Positions 1 through 11,184 of a stretch of DNA of 64,000 bases are shown piece by piece. Origin of the DNA: Mobula hypostoma (lineage: Eukaryota); contig NC_086108.1 in NCBI RefSeq assembly GCF_963921235.1, forward strand, positions 102,302,001 to 102,366,000, given 5' to 3'. The position numbers and the translations under genes are program-made. A model generated the notes under the pieces. That model was given only the letters and a program-made list of their open reading frames with translations. It was not told the DNA's origin and made no database searches. Position 1 is the stretch's first letter. Each line of letters begins with the position of its first letter.

Positions 1-1818
1 TCACTCTTCCCTAAGGGTTCTTTTTCCTTAAACTCTCTAATCAATTCCAATTCAGTGCACAACACCCAATCCAGAATAGCTGATCCTCTAGTGGACTCAA
101 CCACAAGCTGCTCTACAAAGCCTTCTCATAGGCACTCTAGAAAGTTCCCGTCCTGTAATCCAGCACCAACCTGATTTTCCCAATTTACCTGTATATTGAA
201 GTCCCCCATGATTATTGTAACATTGCCCTTTTGGCATGCATTTTCCATCTCCCATTGTAATTTGTAGGCCATATCCTTACTACTGTTTGGCAGGGGTGGC
301 GGGTCTGTTTACAATTCTTATCAGGGATTTTTTTTTACCCTTGCAGTTCCTCAGCTCTATCCACAATGATTCTACACCTTCCAGCCTTAAATCACCTCAA
401 TCTATTGATTTGATTTTATTTCATTTTTTACTAACACAGCAATGCTGCCCCCTCTGCCTTCTGGCCTGTCCTTTCAATACAACGTGTATCCCTGAACATT
501 AAGTTCTCAGCTATAATCTTTCAGCCATGATTCAATGATGCCTACACATCATACCTTCCAATCTGCAACTGTGATGCAAATTCATCTACCTTATTCTGTA
601 TAATGTATGCATTTAAATACAACGCCTTCAGTCCTGTATTCACCTTTTTCAATTTTGTCCACCTCTTACATTGCAACTCGTAGTGTTGACTGTAATTTTG
701 CCTTACAAACAGCCCCTCCTCACTACACATTGCCTCTATTTGTAAACCAACTACCTCAGCACTATTATCCACCTTGCGTACGATACTTCTAGCATTGAAA
801 TATAGGCAGCTCAGGACACGAGTTACACCATGCTCAACCTTATGAGTACTAACTTTGAGGTCTTACTAACATCCACCTCCACAACCTCTCCACTAACTGT
901 TCTGGCACTGTGGTACCCCTCCTCCTGCAACTCTAGATTAAACCCCACCGTACAGCATTAACAAACCTTCCCACTAGGATATTAGTCGCTCTCCAGTTCA
1001 GGTAAAAACCGTCTTTTCTGTACAAGTCCCACCTTTCCTGGAAGAGAGCACAATGATTGAAAACTCTTATGCCCTCTTTCCTACACCAGCTTCTTAGCCA
1101 CATATTAAACTGTATAATCTCCTTCGTTCTGGCTTCACTAGCACATGGCATGAGTAGCGATCCTGAGATCACAACCCCCATGGAGAACCTCATCACTTAT
1201 GTCATTGGCACCAACATGGACCATGACTTCAGGCTGTTCACCCTCCCACTTAAGAATGCCGAGGACTCGATTCAAGATTTCCCAACACTGGCACCTAGAG
1301 GCAACATACCATCCGGGATTCTCGTTCTCACCCACAGAACCTCCTGTCCGTTCCACTAACTAACGAATCTTCTATCACCACAGGGTGCCTCTCCTTCCCT
1401 CTTCCCTACTGAGTCACAGAGGCAGACTCAGTGCCAGAGATCCAACCACTGTGACTTTCCTGTTCGGTCAACCACCACACCCCCGCCCAACCCCAACAGT
1501 ATTCAAAGTGGTATACCTGTTGTTGAGGGGGTGGCCACAGGAGTACTCTGTACTGGCTCCTTAACCCCTTTCCCCATTCCTGACTGTCACCCAGTTTTCT
1601 GTGACCTGCACCTTGGGTGTAACTACCGCTCTACATGTTCTGTAATTCACCTGCTCAGCCTCCCGAATGATCCGAAGTTCACCCAGTTCCAGCTCCAACT
1701 TCTTAACGTGATTTGTTAGGAGCTGCAGCTGGACGCACTTCTCACAGTTGTAGTCGTCAGGGACACTGGAGGTCTCCCTGCCTTCCCACATCCAGCAAGA
1801 GGAGCATTTCACAATCAT
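1..1818 (-). mobile_element. CR1-clade LINE, 5' part (ORF1 with zinc-finger/coiled-coil and esterase-like domain, start of ORF2 APE endonuclease), degenerate, runs off window start
   Basis: ORFs 1561-1818 (CSSCWMWE..CEKCVQLQLL..LELELGEL), 933-1356 (QPEVMVHVGANDI; WDLYRKDGFYLNWRATNIL) and 542-772 (LKALYLNAYIIQNKVDE) match CR1 ORF1/ORF2 motifs; frameshifts present. Confidence 0.9.
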
Positions 1819-3066
1819 CCATCTAATCGTATTGGTCAGGCTGCTTCATCTGCTGAGGATGTGCAACCATCAACGAACATCCACTTTTGACCATATGGTA
1901 GAAGGAAAGTCATTAATGAAGTATCTGAAGATGGTACCGTCCATTGGACAGTAGATTACTGTCCTGACGAGCTCCTGCAGTGATGTGCAGAATAATTGCC
2001 CTTTAATAATCAAATACATCCTCTCTGAAAGTATGACTCCAAGTTGGAGTGTTATACCCTAATGCCCATTGACTTCACTTATATCATGGTGCCATGATGC
2101 CACTCAGTCACGGTGAAAGGTGTCACTCTCACCTCACCTCAGGAATAAACTCTTTGACCACATTTGGATGAAGTTGCGATAGTCCTGACAAAAGCGTTCT
2201 GGATACAGGCTTAACACAGATACTTGTGAGAAGTTTAATGGTCTTCCTTTTTTTTAAACAAAAAGGGTTCTATAGAGTTTCTTTGTTTTGTGGCTACCTG
2301 AAGGGAGATGAATCTCAGGGTTGTGTACAGTCAACATACTTTGATAATAAATGTACTTTGAACTCCAATAGGTGAAGATAAATAGCAGAAGCTGAAACTG
2401 ATATGGTACAATATTACACAGAACAACTAAGCAGTGCTCTTCGGAAAATTCACAACAGAAAATTACTTAGATTATGGGTTTATTGAGATAAGTGGCTACT
2501 AACTTAATTGGCTCAGCATGATATTGTGGGCCCAAGGGCCCAATCCTGTACCGATCAATGTTCTATGTTCTAAGTGTTGAGGAGATGAGCAACGATTCAG
2601 TTTAAGATTCAGATTCAAATTTATTTGTCATATATACATTGAAACATACTGTACAATGTGTCATTTGCGTTAACAAGCAGCACTCCCAAGTATATGTTGG
2701 AGGCAGCCCACAAGTGTCATCACACATTCTGGCACCGACATAGTATGCCCACCATGTTACTATTTTAATAGTGTTAAAATAACAATACTGTGATAAATGT
2801 AATAAAACAATTTCTAAACCTACAATTCTTTGGCAACAAGCTGCTCAGAAACAACCTGAGTTTGCAAAATGCACTATATGGTGCATCTTTCTTTTTATTA
2901 TCAGCTATAGTGTTCTTGAATGGTATATACCCAAGAGATACAATTCCAAAATCGTTTGCACAAAATAAATTATGGAGTAGTTGAATGGGCTGGTTTCCCC
3001 AAACTTGCAATAGCATTTATACAAATAATACACCAATCTTGACTGATCAGAGCAAGAAATTCATAC

Positions 3067-3228
3067 CTGAATTTTTGTAATGAGCTGTGGATCTTCTGGA
3101 ATCCCAGGGTTAATAGCTATGACAACATTATCATAACCATTGTTCATTAGCTTCACCTCAGAACATCTTACCACGCAGACAGAGATAAGGCATTCCAAAG
3201 ACAGGAGAAATATTTTTCTGAATTTCAT
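3067..3228 (-). CDS. CLCA1: First coding exon of a calcium-activated chloride channel regulator (CLCA family; paralog not resolved)
   Basis: MKFRKIFLLSLECLISVCVVRCSEVKLMNNGYDNVVIAINPGIPEDPQLITKIQ is a signal peptide plus the CLCA motif L.NNGY..V.AI.P..PED..LI..I; 54 codons followed by donor CAG|GTATGA; ODF2L lies next to the CLCA cluster in mammals. Confidence 0.9.
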
Positions 3229-3285
3229 GATTAGAGTCTTCACCCCCTCTGCATCCAAATGATCACACTTTTGAAATCAGTCTAA

Positions 3286-3291
3286 TTTATA
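3286..3291 (-). promoter_or_regulatory. TATA box of the CLCA gene
   Basis: TATAAA on the minus strand about 58 bp upstream of the CLCA ATG. Confidence 0.55.
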
Positions 3292-4924
3292 CTAAACCAT
3301 ATCAACATATTTCAAAACATCAGCTAAAAATTTTATTGCTGGGTGCAGAATAAGGAAATCACCTTCAGCATTCAAATGCTCATGTGTTACTTATTTTTGT
3401 AACTGTAATCATGATTTAAATACAGAATCTCTTTCAAAAGATGGAGAGAAGGAACACAATAAATTTTCATATTATGTACAAGCAACATGTCAAATATGAT
3501 CGCAGACAAGATTGGTCAGATGTTTCAAGCATCAGTTCTTCCATGATGCTGCCTCAGTAAAGCAGCTAGCATAATCAAGGATTCCACACATTTTCTCTTC
3601 TCCCCTCTTCCAAAGGGCAGCAATATGAAAGCCTGAAAGCACATACCACCAGGCTCAGGGACACCTATACCACTGTTATCAGAATCCTAAATGAAACTCA
3701 TAAAATGAGATGAACTCTTGACCTCACAATCTACCTTGTCATGATCTTGAACTTTATTGTTTAACCCCTGCAGTTTCTCTGTGGCTTTTGCATTTTATTC
3801 TGCAATGCCATTGTTTTACCTCAATGCACTGTGTAATGACTGTGCAAGGCAAGTTTTTCTCTATATCTTGGTACATGTGACAATGATAAACCAATATCAA
3901 TAATATTAGCTTTTTTTTTCTAGACAGTACAGCGGTGTAAGAATTGATAGGCATACAGATAAAGCAGGGAAACAGACTCTTTGTCCCACTGATTCTATGC
4001 CAAACATCAAACATCCATTTTTACACTATCCCATTCCGATCCATTTCGTTCTCTCCATATTCTTATCGACCCTTCTCACATTCCAAGAAAATCAACGTTG
4101 TGCACCTAGAAATGTGCTTAGCCCAGAGAAGCAAATGAAGTAGATGCTATACTGTTTACTTTTTAAACTTTTATTGTTAAATGTTAATCTTCTGGAATAT
4201 TTTACTATTTGTTAATTTGTGGTAATATTACTTCATGTGTTGTGTACAAGTTACATATACTGAGTTGTGCACTTGATCTGGAGGAACACTGTTTCATTGG
4301 GTTGTACACACGCATACAGTTCAATGACAATAAACTTGAACTTTTCTGCATATTCTAGCATCTGACTTTCCAAAAGGATTTTCATGTGTACTTGCCTAGT
4401 AGAATATGCTCCCAATGATTTCAGTTGTGCAACATGAAAAATTCCCTTCCAGAAGCTGCAGAGAGAACATTTGTTGGTGAGGGGAGGATGCAAATTACAT
4501 AAATAGTTTAGAAGAAAATAAATTAATAAGTAAAAGCTCTAATCTAAAACTAATAATAATTAATTATGTGGAATTAAGACTGAATCATTTTCCTTTTATG
4601 ATACCATATCTCAAACCAAATCCTGAAGTAAATTAGGTACACAACAAAATGATATCAAAATATATGCAACCATATCACAATTCAAAGAGTCCACTGAGCC
4701 ATTTACTGTAATCAAAGGAATTATGAACCTTGCACAAAGCATCACTCCTAATGAAGAAAAGTTCACTATTTTGTAAACAATGTGAAAACGGGAAATCATG
4801 GGCTGGTTAGTCTCACATCAGTGATAGGAATGCTACTGGAGCAGTTTCACTGGGATGAGATTTACTTGCATTAGGAAAATTGTGGACTGACTGAGGACAA
4901 CCAGCATGGGTTTGTGCCTCTCTC

Positions 4925-5400
4925 ATGCCTCTGTAGTCCCCTCTAGTCCACTGTGATACTGATACATCTGACTTCAGCTTCTTCTCAAATTTCAGGGCGA
5001 ATTTGATCGTATTATGATCACTTTCTCCTTAAGCTCTCTAATCAATTCCAGCTCATTGCACAACCCTCAGTCCAGAATAGCTGATCCTCTTGTGGGTCGA
5101 CCATGAGCTGCTCTAAAAAGCCTTCTCGTAAGCACTCTAGAAATCCCCCCTCCTGTAATCCAGCACCAACCTGATTTTCATGATTTACCTGCATATTGAA
5201 ATCGCCCATAACTACTGTAACATTACTCTTTTGGTATGTATTTTCTTTTCCTCGTTGTAATTTGTAGACCACATCGTACTGTTTAGGGGTCTGTATACAA
5301 TTCCCATCACAGTCTTTTCACCCTTGCACTTCCTTAGCTCTACCCACAATTATTCAACACCTTCTGACCCTATGTCACCTCTTTCAATTGTTCTAATATT
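4925..5400 (-). mobile_element. CR1 LINE ORF2 endonuclease fragment
   Basis: ORF 5042-5272 VVMGDFNM..FLECLREGFLEQL; similar to 1-400. Confidence 0.8.
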
Positions 5401-6409
5401 CTGCCTGGTTAGTCTCAAAGTTGGTGCATTAACATTGGTTTCTCCAACTCCTAGTAATTTATCTCCTCCTACTTTTTCTTTCCATTCCTCATTCTGGTTA
5501 CACGCTCACCCCTTTTCTCCTCCTCACCTGCCCATCATTCCCTCTGGTTCCTTTCTTTCACTTTCTTCCATGGTACACTGTTCTCCCCAGTTAGATTTTC
5601 TCTTCTTCAGTCCTTTACTTCTTCCATCTATCCCTTCCTAACTTTCCACTTCATACCCCTACCCACTCATCTACCTCACCTGGTTTCATCTATCACAAGC
5701 CAGCTTGTATTCTTTCTCTTCCACACCCACCCCCCCATCACCTTCTTGTTCTGGCTTATGCCAACGTTGACTGTTTATTCCCTTCAATAGATGCTGCCTG
5801 ACCTGCTGAGTTCCTAAAGAATTTAGTGTTGTGAGACTCAGGTTTACAATCCTGTAATATTTCACTTTTTTTCAATGGTAAGGTCAGAAAGAGGGATGTT
5901 CACCGCACACTATTCACCATTTGTGACTCCTCAGATAATGACGTAGCCCACAACAAGCTGTAATACGACCCAGATAATATCCGGACCTAGGCTAATCAAG
6001 TCCAAGTTCAATTTTATTGTTGCATTTTGTTGTATATGTGGCAATGTTTCATCGGACCACAGTGCACCCACAATACATATATCACACACAGCACCTAAAA
6101 CAAAATATTACCACAAATAAGTTAATAAAACATAATTCAGAATATATTGGAAGTGTGCAGCACAAGTAAACAGTAAAAGAGGGCGAGTGACATTCATGCC
6201 ACACAAGTGCCCAGGAATGATAATGACAATATCCAACAACAGAAACTCCAGCTGTCACCCACAATATTCAATGGCATTACCTCACTACCAATATCATTTT
6301 GGGGGGGGGGGTGGTAGTTACCATTATCTGAGCCAGATACACAATGTGACTACAAGAACAGGTCAAGGGCTTGGAATCCTAGTAAGTAACTCATCTCCTA
6401 ACTTCCTGA

Positions 6410-6830
6410 AGCCATACAAAGATGTTGCCAGTACTTGATGAGCTGAGTTATAGGAAAAGGTTGAATAGTTTATGACTTTATTCATTGTAGCACAGGAGAA
6501 TGAAGGGAGATTTGATAGAGGTATGCAAGGTTATGAGGGGTACACAAAGGGCAAGTGCAAGCAGGCATTTTCCACCAAGATCAACTGAGACTAGGACTAG
6601 GTTAAGGGTGAAATATTAAAGGGGAACCTGAGGGGGAACTTCTTCACTCAGAGAGTGGTGTTGGATCGAGCTGTCAGCAAAAGGGGAGGATACAACATTT
6701 GAGAACTTTGGATAAATACATGGATGGGAGGGGAATGGAGGTCTATGGACCAGGTGCAGGTCAACGGGACGAGGCAGAATAACCATTGGCACTGACTAGA
6801 TGGGCCAAAAGGCCTGTTTATGTGCTGTAG
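6410..6830 (+). mobile_element. CR1 LINE 3' end
   Basis: Degenerate LSYRKRL..RRMKGDLIEV region and CR1 3' UTR motif ATGGGCCAAAAGGCCTGTTTATGTGCTGTAG. Confidence 0.75.
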
Positions 6831-7349
6831 TACACAATAACTCCATCCACAAGATTCAAGTCAGGAACATGATGAAATACTCTCCACTTGCCTGGATGAG
6901 GGCAGCTTCAACAACACTCACAAGGCTCAATACAGTACAGGATATGATAAACACAAGGGATTCTGCAGGTGCTGGAAATCCAGAGCAAAACACCCAGCAT
7001 GCTGGAGGAACTCAGCGGGTCAGGCAACATCGATGGAGAGGAATAAAGAGTTGATGTAGCAGGCCGAACAACACACATTGTTCGACACCCCATCCACAAC
7101 TATTCACTGATACACAGTAGCAGCCATTTTTTATAATTTGCAGAATGCACACCAGCAATTCACCAAGACTCCTTAAACAGCATCTTCTAAACCTACAGCT
7201 TCATCCAGTTAGAAGGACAAGGGAACCAAAATTATAGGAAGCAGCACCACCAGGAAGATGCAATTGCTACCATAACAGTTGAAAATTTATGATTTTTTTA
7301 ATCGTCAGGCACTAGGAGCTACACGGAAAACTTGTTAAAATTACATCAA

Positions 7350-7548
7350 CATGCCAGACAGCATCTATGGAAAGAAGCACAGTCGACGTTTTGGGCCGAA
7401 ATTGAGGTCCCTCCTGCCAAAGGATTTCAGCCTGAAACGCCAAACTGTGCTTTTTTACCGTAGATACTGCCTGGCCTGCTGAGTTCCTTCAGCATTTTAT
7501 GGGTGTTACTCGGATTTCCCGTATCTGCAATTTTTCTCTTGTTTGTGA
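7350..7548. mobile_element. Penelope pLTR-derived fold-back insertion
   Basis: Inverted pLTR arms; TSD TAAAATTACATCAA at 7336-7349 and 7549-7562. Confidence 0.75.
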
Positions 7549-7789
7549 TAAAATTACATCAAGTTTACTCATGATCTCATTCAATGATAACGCAGGTGTG
7601 ATGGATTAAATATCTTATATACCTCGCTATAATACGGAATGAAACATTCCAAGTTTCCAAGCCTCGCTGTTCTTTCATTGGAAACATTCAAAAATAAAAC
7701 TACTATTAAGGTTTCAGTCCAGACTCCATGGGCTATTCTCTCAGTCCATCGCTGCAAGTCAGCTAGTTCATTCCTTAGTCCTACACCCT

Positions 7790-8240
7790 TCTTTCGCACC
7801 GTCTACTAGCCCACCCTATAACCACGTTTCCCTCCCATACTCTAGCACCGCAGCACCTACTCTCAAATCCTCCTCCACCAAACTTCTCTCCCCACCACTT
7901 CCCCTGCGACGCTCTCCTGCCTGCATATCCTCTCTCGCAGTGCTTCCTCTCCTACATCTTTCCCATCCAGAAGCCCTCACATCACCTCACCCCATCACCT
8001 CGCTACAAAAACCTTACTCATGCTACCGCTCCACCTGCCTCCATAACCTCCCTCCAACACAGCCTTCTCACTCTCCCGAGATCCCTCCATCAATACCCTT
8101 CCTACCCAAATCAAACCCCTAGCTTCCCCTTCCCTCTCCCAATGACGTCTCCCCCAACGCACCCTCTCTTCCCCCCCTCCTACCTCTCCTCACCTTGACT
8201 TCTCCTCCCAGTAATAATTCCCCTCCTTTTCTTTTCTAGC
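7790..8240. repeat. C/T-rich low-complexity tract upstream of the ODF2L promoter
   Basis: Pyrimidine/C-rich composition seen directly. Confidence 0.85.
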
Positions 8241-8289
8241 CCGCACAAACCCTGGCTCGGATCCCTCCAGGTAATCTGACCACCGGAAT

Positions 8290-8515
8290 GTTTGGTCCTC
8301 CCGCATTTGAGGAAACACACGGCCCCGGAGCGCACTGCGTACATCAACCAGTATTCAGCTCCGCTCCGCACCGCCCCCGGGCCCTGCAATCTGCGGGCAG
8401 CCAATCGGCAGCGGCGCCCGGCGTCAGGCAACAGCGGCTTCCAAACACTGTTCGTCTCCCTGGCACCGGGACCAGCGCTCCCTTCCCGGGCTGAATCGGC
8501 AGGAAGAGAGGCAAG
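8290..8515 (+). promoter_or_regulatory. ODF2L: CpG-rich promoter and non-coding exon 1 of ODF2L
   Basis: CpG-dense island; GC box CCGCCCCC at 8371-8378; NF-Y box AGCCAATCG at 8399-8407; RFX half-site GGCAAC near 8427; strong donor AAG|GTAAGG at 8515/8516. Confidence 0.7.
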
Positions 8516-8870
8516 GTAAGGGATAGGAATGTGTGGATGGATGAAGGAGGAGGAGGAGACTGGATGGTCGGAAGTTAGAGACGGGGGTTGAGGGGAAATG
8601 GAGCTGGTGTTTGGGGACGAGGGGAAAGGGATTGGAGGAGGGAGTGAGAGGCGGAGGTTGGAGTTAGGGGCGAGGTGGTTAGGAGAGGGGAGAATGTTGG
8701 CAGAAGGAGTAGAAGGTTGGGGGTGAGCCAAGGAAGGGGAGGGGGGAGAAAGTTGGAGGAAGGAATAGGAGGTTGGAGGTGTGGTGGGTTTGAAGGATGG
8801 GTCAAGTGGAAGGAGGATGGGGAAGGAGTGAGGGGCTTGGAGGATGCTGTAAGTAGGAAGGGAATTATAG
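8516..8870. repeat. G/A-rich low-complexity tract at start of ODF2L intron 1 (G-quadruplex prone)
   Basis: Many G runs, purine-rich on + strand. Confidence 0.85.
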
Positions 8871-9036
8871 ATTAAGGTGGTTGAAGACTGAATGATCTAA
8901 GTCACAGTGAGCTAACCAGCACACTGTCTGATCACTTATTCCTTTATTTCTAATTACACAGAATATCTGTGTTTTGCTGAATGAACTCAAATTGACCTAA
9001 AACCAAGTTATGTTTAGCTTATGTCCATTTCTGTAG

Positions 9037-9153
9037 TTTGAGCAAAGAGAGCAAAGCTAAGCCTATAACTAAATCAGTAAACGTTGGACTCAGCAATATC
9101 AGAAGAAGTGAGTTTCATAACTTTCATCAAGGATGGAGAAGTTACAGCAGCAG
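9037..9153 (+). other. ODF2L: Possible ODF2L exon 2 (5' UTR or alternative start MEKLQQQ)
   Basis: Acceptor TTTCTGTAG, donor CAG|GTGAGC, ATG at 9133 in strong Kozak context. Confidence 0.4.
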
Positions 9154-9169
9154 GTGAGCCAGTATACAT

Positions 9170-9710
9170 GACGGAGAACATCGATGAAAACACCAGCAGA
9201 TATACTTCAGTAGGAGTTTGAAGAGATTTGCTATGTCACCAAAGACTCTTGCCAGCTTCTACAGATATACCATGAAGAGCATTCTGACTGGTTGCATCAC
9301 CATCTGATATGGAGTCTCCAATGTACAGGATTGTCAGAGGGTTGTATCCAGCCAGTTCAAGCCTCCCCACCATCAAGGACATCATCAAAAGGCAATGCCA
9401 CAGGAAAGTGACATCCATCATGAAGGACCCTCACCATCTAGCTCATGCCCTCATCTCAATACCACTGGGCTGGAGGTACCTGAAAGTGCACACTCAACAT
9501 TTTAGTAACAGCTTTTTCCTCTGCTGTAAGATTTCTGATTGACCTATGAACTTGGGAACACACCCTCACTATTCGCCTTGCAATACTTGACTTTATTTAT
9601 TTATGTATGTACTTTTTATTGTAACTCGTGCAAGATCTGTACTACTGCCACAAAAAAAAAACAAATTTCACAACTTATGCCATTGACAATGAACCTGAAT
9701 CTGATTCTGA
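9170..9710 (+). mobile_element. Rex1/Babar-like LINE 3' fragment
   Basis: FYRYTMKSILTGCITI..SIMKDPHH region and (CTGAAT/CTGATT) tail. Confidence 0.7.
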
Positions 9711-9751
9711 ATTGGTTACTTCCATCTGAGTCATAGGTATGTTTCAATTTG

Positions 9752-9857
9752 CTGGTGAACGCAGCAGGCCAGGCAGCATCTGCCTGGCCTGCTGCGTTCA
9801 CCAGCAACTTTTATGTGTGTTGCTTGAAATTCCAGCATCTGCAGATTTCCTTGTGTT
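9752..9857. mobile_element. Minimal Penelope pLTR fold-back insertion
   Basis: Perfect inverted repeat of about 27 bp (TTGCTGGTGAACGCAGCAGGCCAGGCA / TGCCTGGCCTGCTGCGTTCACCAGCAA); TSD TATGTTTCAATTTG at 9738-9751 and 9858-9871. Confidence 0.85.
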
Positions 9858-11079
9858 TATGTTTCAATTTGTTGGTAAGGATCAAAGTCAGGTTGGTGGG
9901 GTTGCCTGAAAGGTCAGCATAGACATGTGAACTGCAGGACTTTCAAAGACTTTGGACAGGAAAAGAAAACGGGAGACAATAAGATTGTTGATGCTTGTGT
10001 TCTTGCAACCATTTCATCTTCTGGGACAAAGGTAATGGCAAGTTTGGAGAGTTGACATAGCAGGAGGAGAACTATTAATAAAGTGGTTTCATCTAACATG
10101 CAAGAACACAATAAGCTGCTAAAAGAGCATCAGACCCTGACGCAGGGTCTCAAGCCAAATCCAAATGAATTCTTCCCAGCACTTTGTTCTCTTCCTCCAG
10201 ATTCCAGCATCTGCAGACTCTTGTTTCTCTAACTATCCTGAAGGTCTGAAAGAAATGATTGTGATTACATGATAAAACAAACACCCTACAAGATCATAAT
10301 ACCTAAATATGTCAGAATATTACTACAATACACCAGATTTACAGTATAGCACAACTAGCTGTTTCATAAAATTATTTTCAATATTTTAGGTATTTTAATT
10401 ATGCGTACTGTATTTACTGCTTACTAAAGCAAGCATAATTTCTATTACCGGTTAAAAGCAAAGACTTTTTTAAAATCTGATTTTTTTTTTAAATTCTAGG
10501 GTTTGAGGCCTAGTGTTCAGGGTCCTGACACTGGCGAGTCTGGACTTCAAGGCAAGTGTTCACTGATCAGCAGGTCCTGGGGTTGATACCATCGATCAAG
10601 ACCTGAGAATCAAATTTGAACTCCAGAAGTTGAGGCCTGTTGGCTAAAGCAAATCTGCAAATCTTTGCGAGTCTGCTGGGTTAGTCGAAGCCCCAGTGTC
10701 CGCGAGTCCGAATCAGAGGGTCTCTCCTGGAGTTGGAAGACAGTGTATGTATGTGGGAGGGACAAACAAAACTTGTTTTGCTGGTGTTGATTTGTTGTTT
10801 GTTGTGTTCTGTTTTGCTATGATCTGTCTTGTTCTGCTGAGCATTGTGGGCATTCTGTGCTGGTGCCGGAACGCATAGTGATACTTACGAGCGGCCCCAA
10901 GCGTACCACCGGGTGTGTTGGTTGTTAATGCAAAGGTCACATTTGACTATATGTTTTGATGCTGCATAACAACAAATCTCTCAGCATATGCCAGTGATAA
11001 TAAACTTGATTCTGATTCAGATTCTGATAAATAAACTTGAATCTTGAATCATTATCTTTCCTATTGAAATTTCTTTAGG

Positions 11080-11184
11080 ATGAAGTCAAGACCATCTTTG
11101 CCTACAGTCAATGTCTATCTGAATGAAGCTACTCCTGTTCGTGTTCATATTCAGAAACCCAAACTGTTGCCTTCTTTTGTGGAA
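11080..11184 (+). CDS. ODF2L: ODF2L first coding exon
   Basis: MKSRPSLPTVNVYLNEATPVRVHIQKPKLLPSFVE resembles the ODF2 N-terminal motif MKDRSSTPPLHVHVDENTPVHVHIKK; acceptor TTTCTTTAG at 11078, donor GAA|GTAGGT. Confidence 0.85.

Noticed and set aside
2774..3016. Possible CLCA exon 2
   Set aside because: No similarity to the expected CLCA exon 2 motif (AS.YLF.AT..RFYF); exon 2 probably lies beyond the window start
8180..8875. Long Pro/Ser-rich and Gly-rich ORFs over the promoter
   Set aside because: By-products of GC-skewed low-complexity sequence; no recognisable domain
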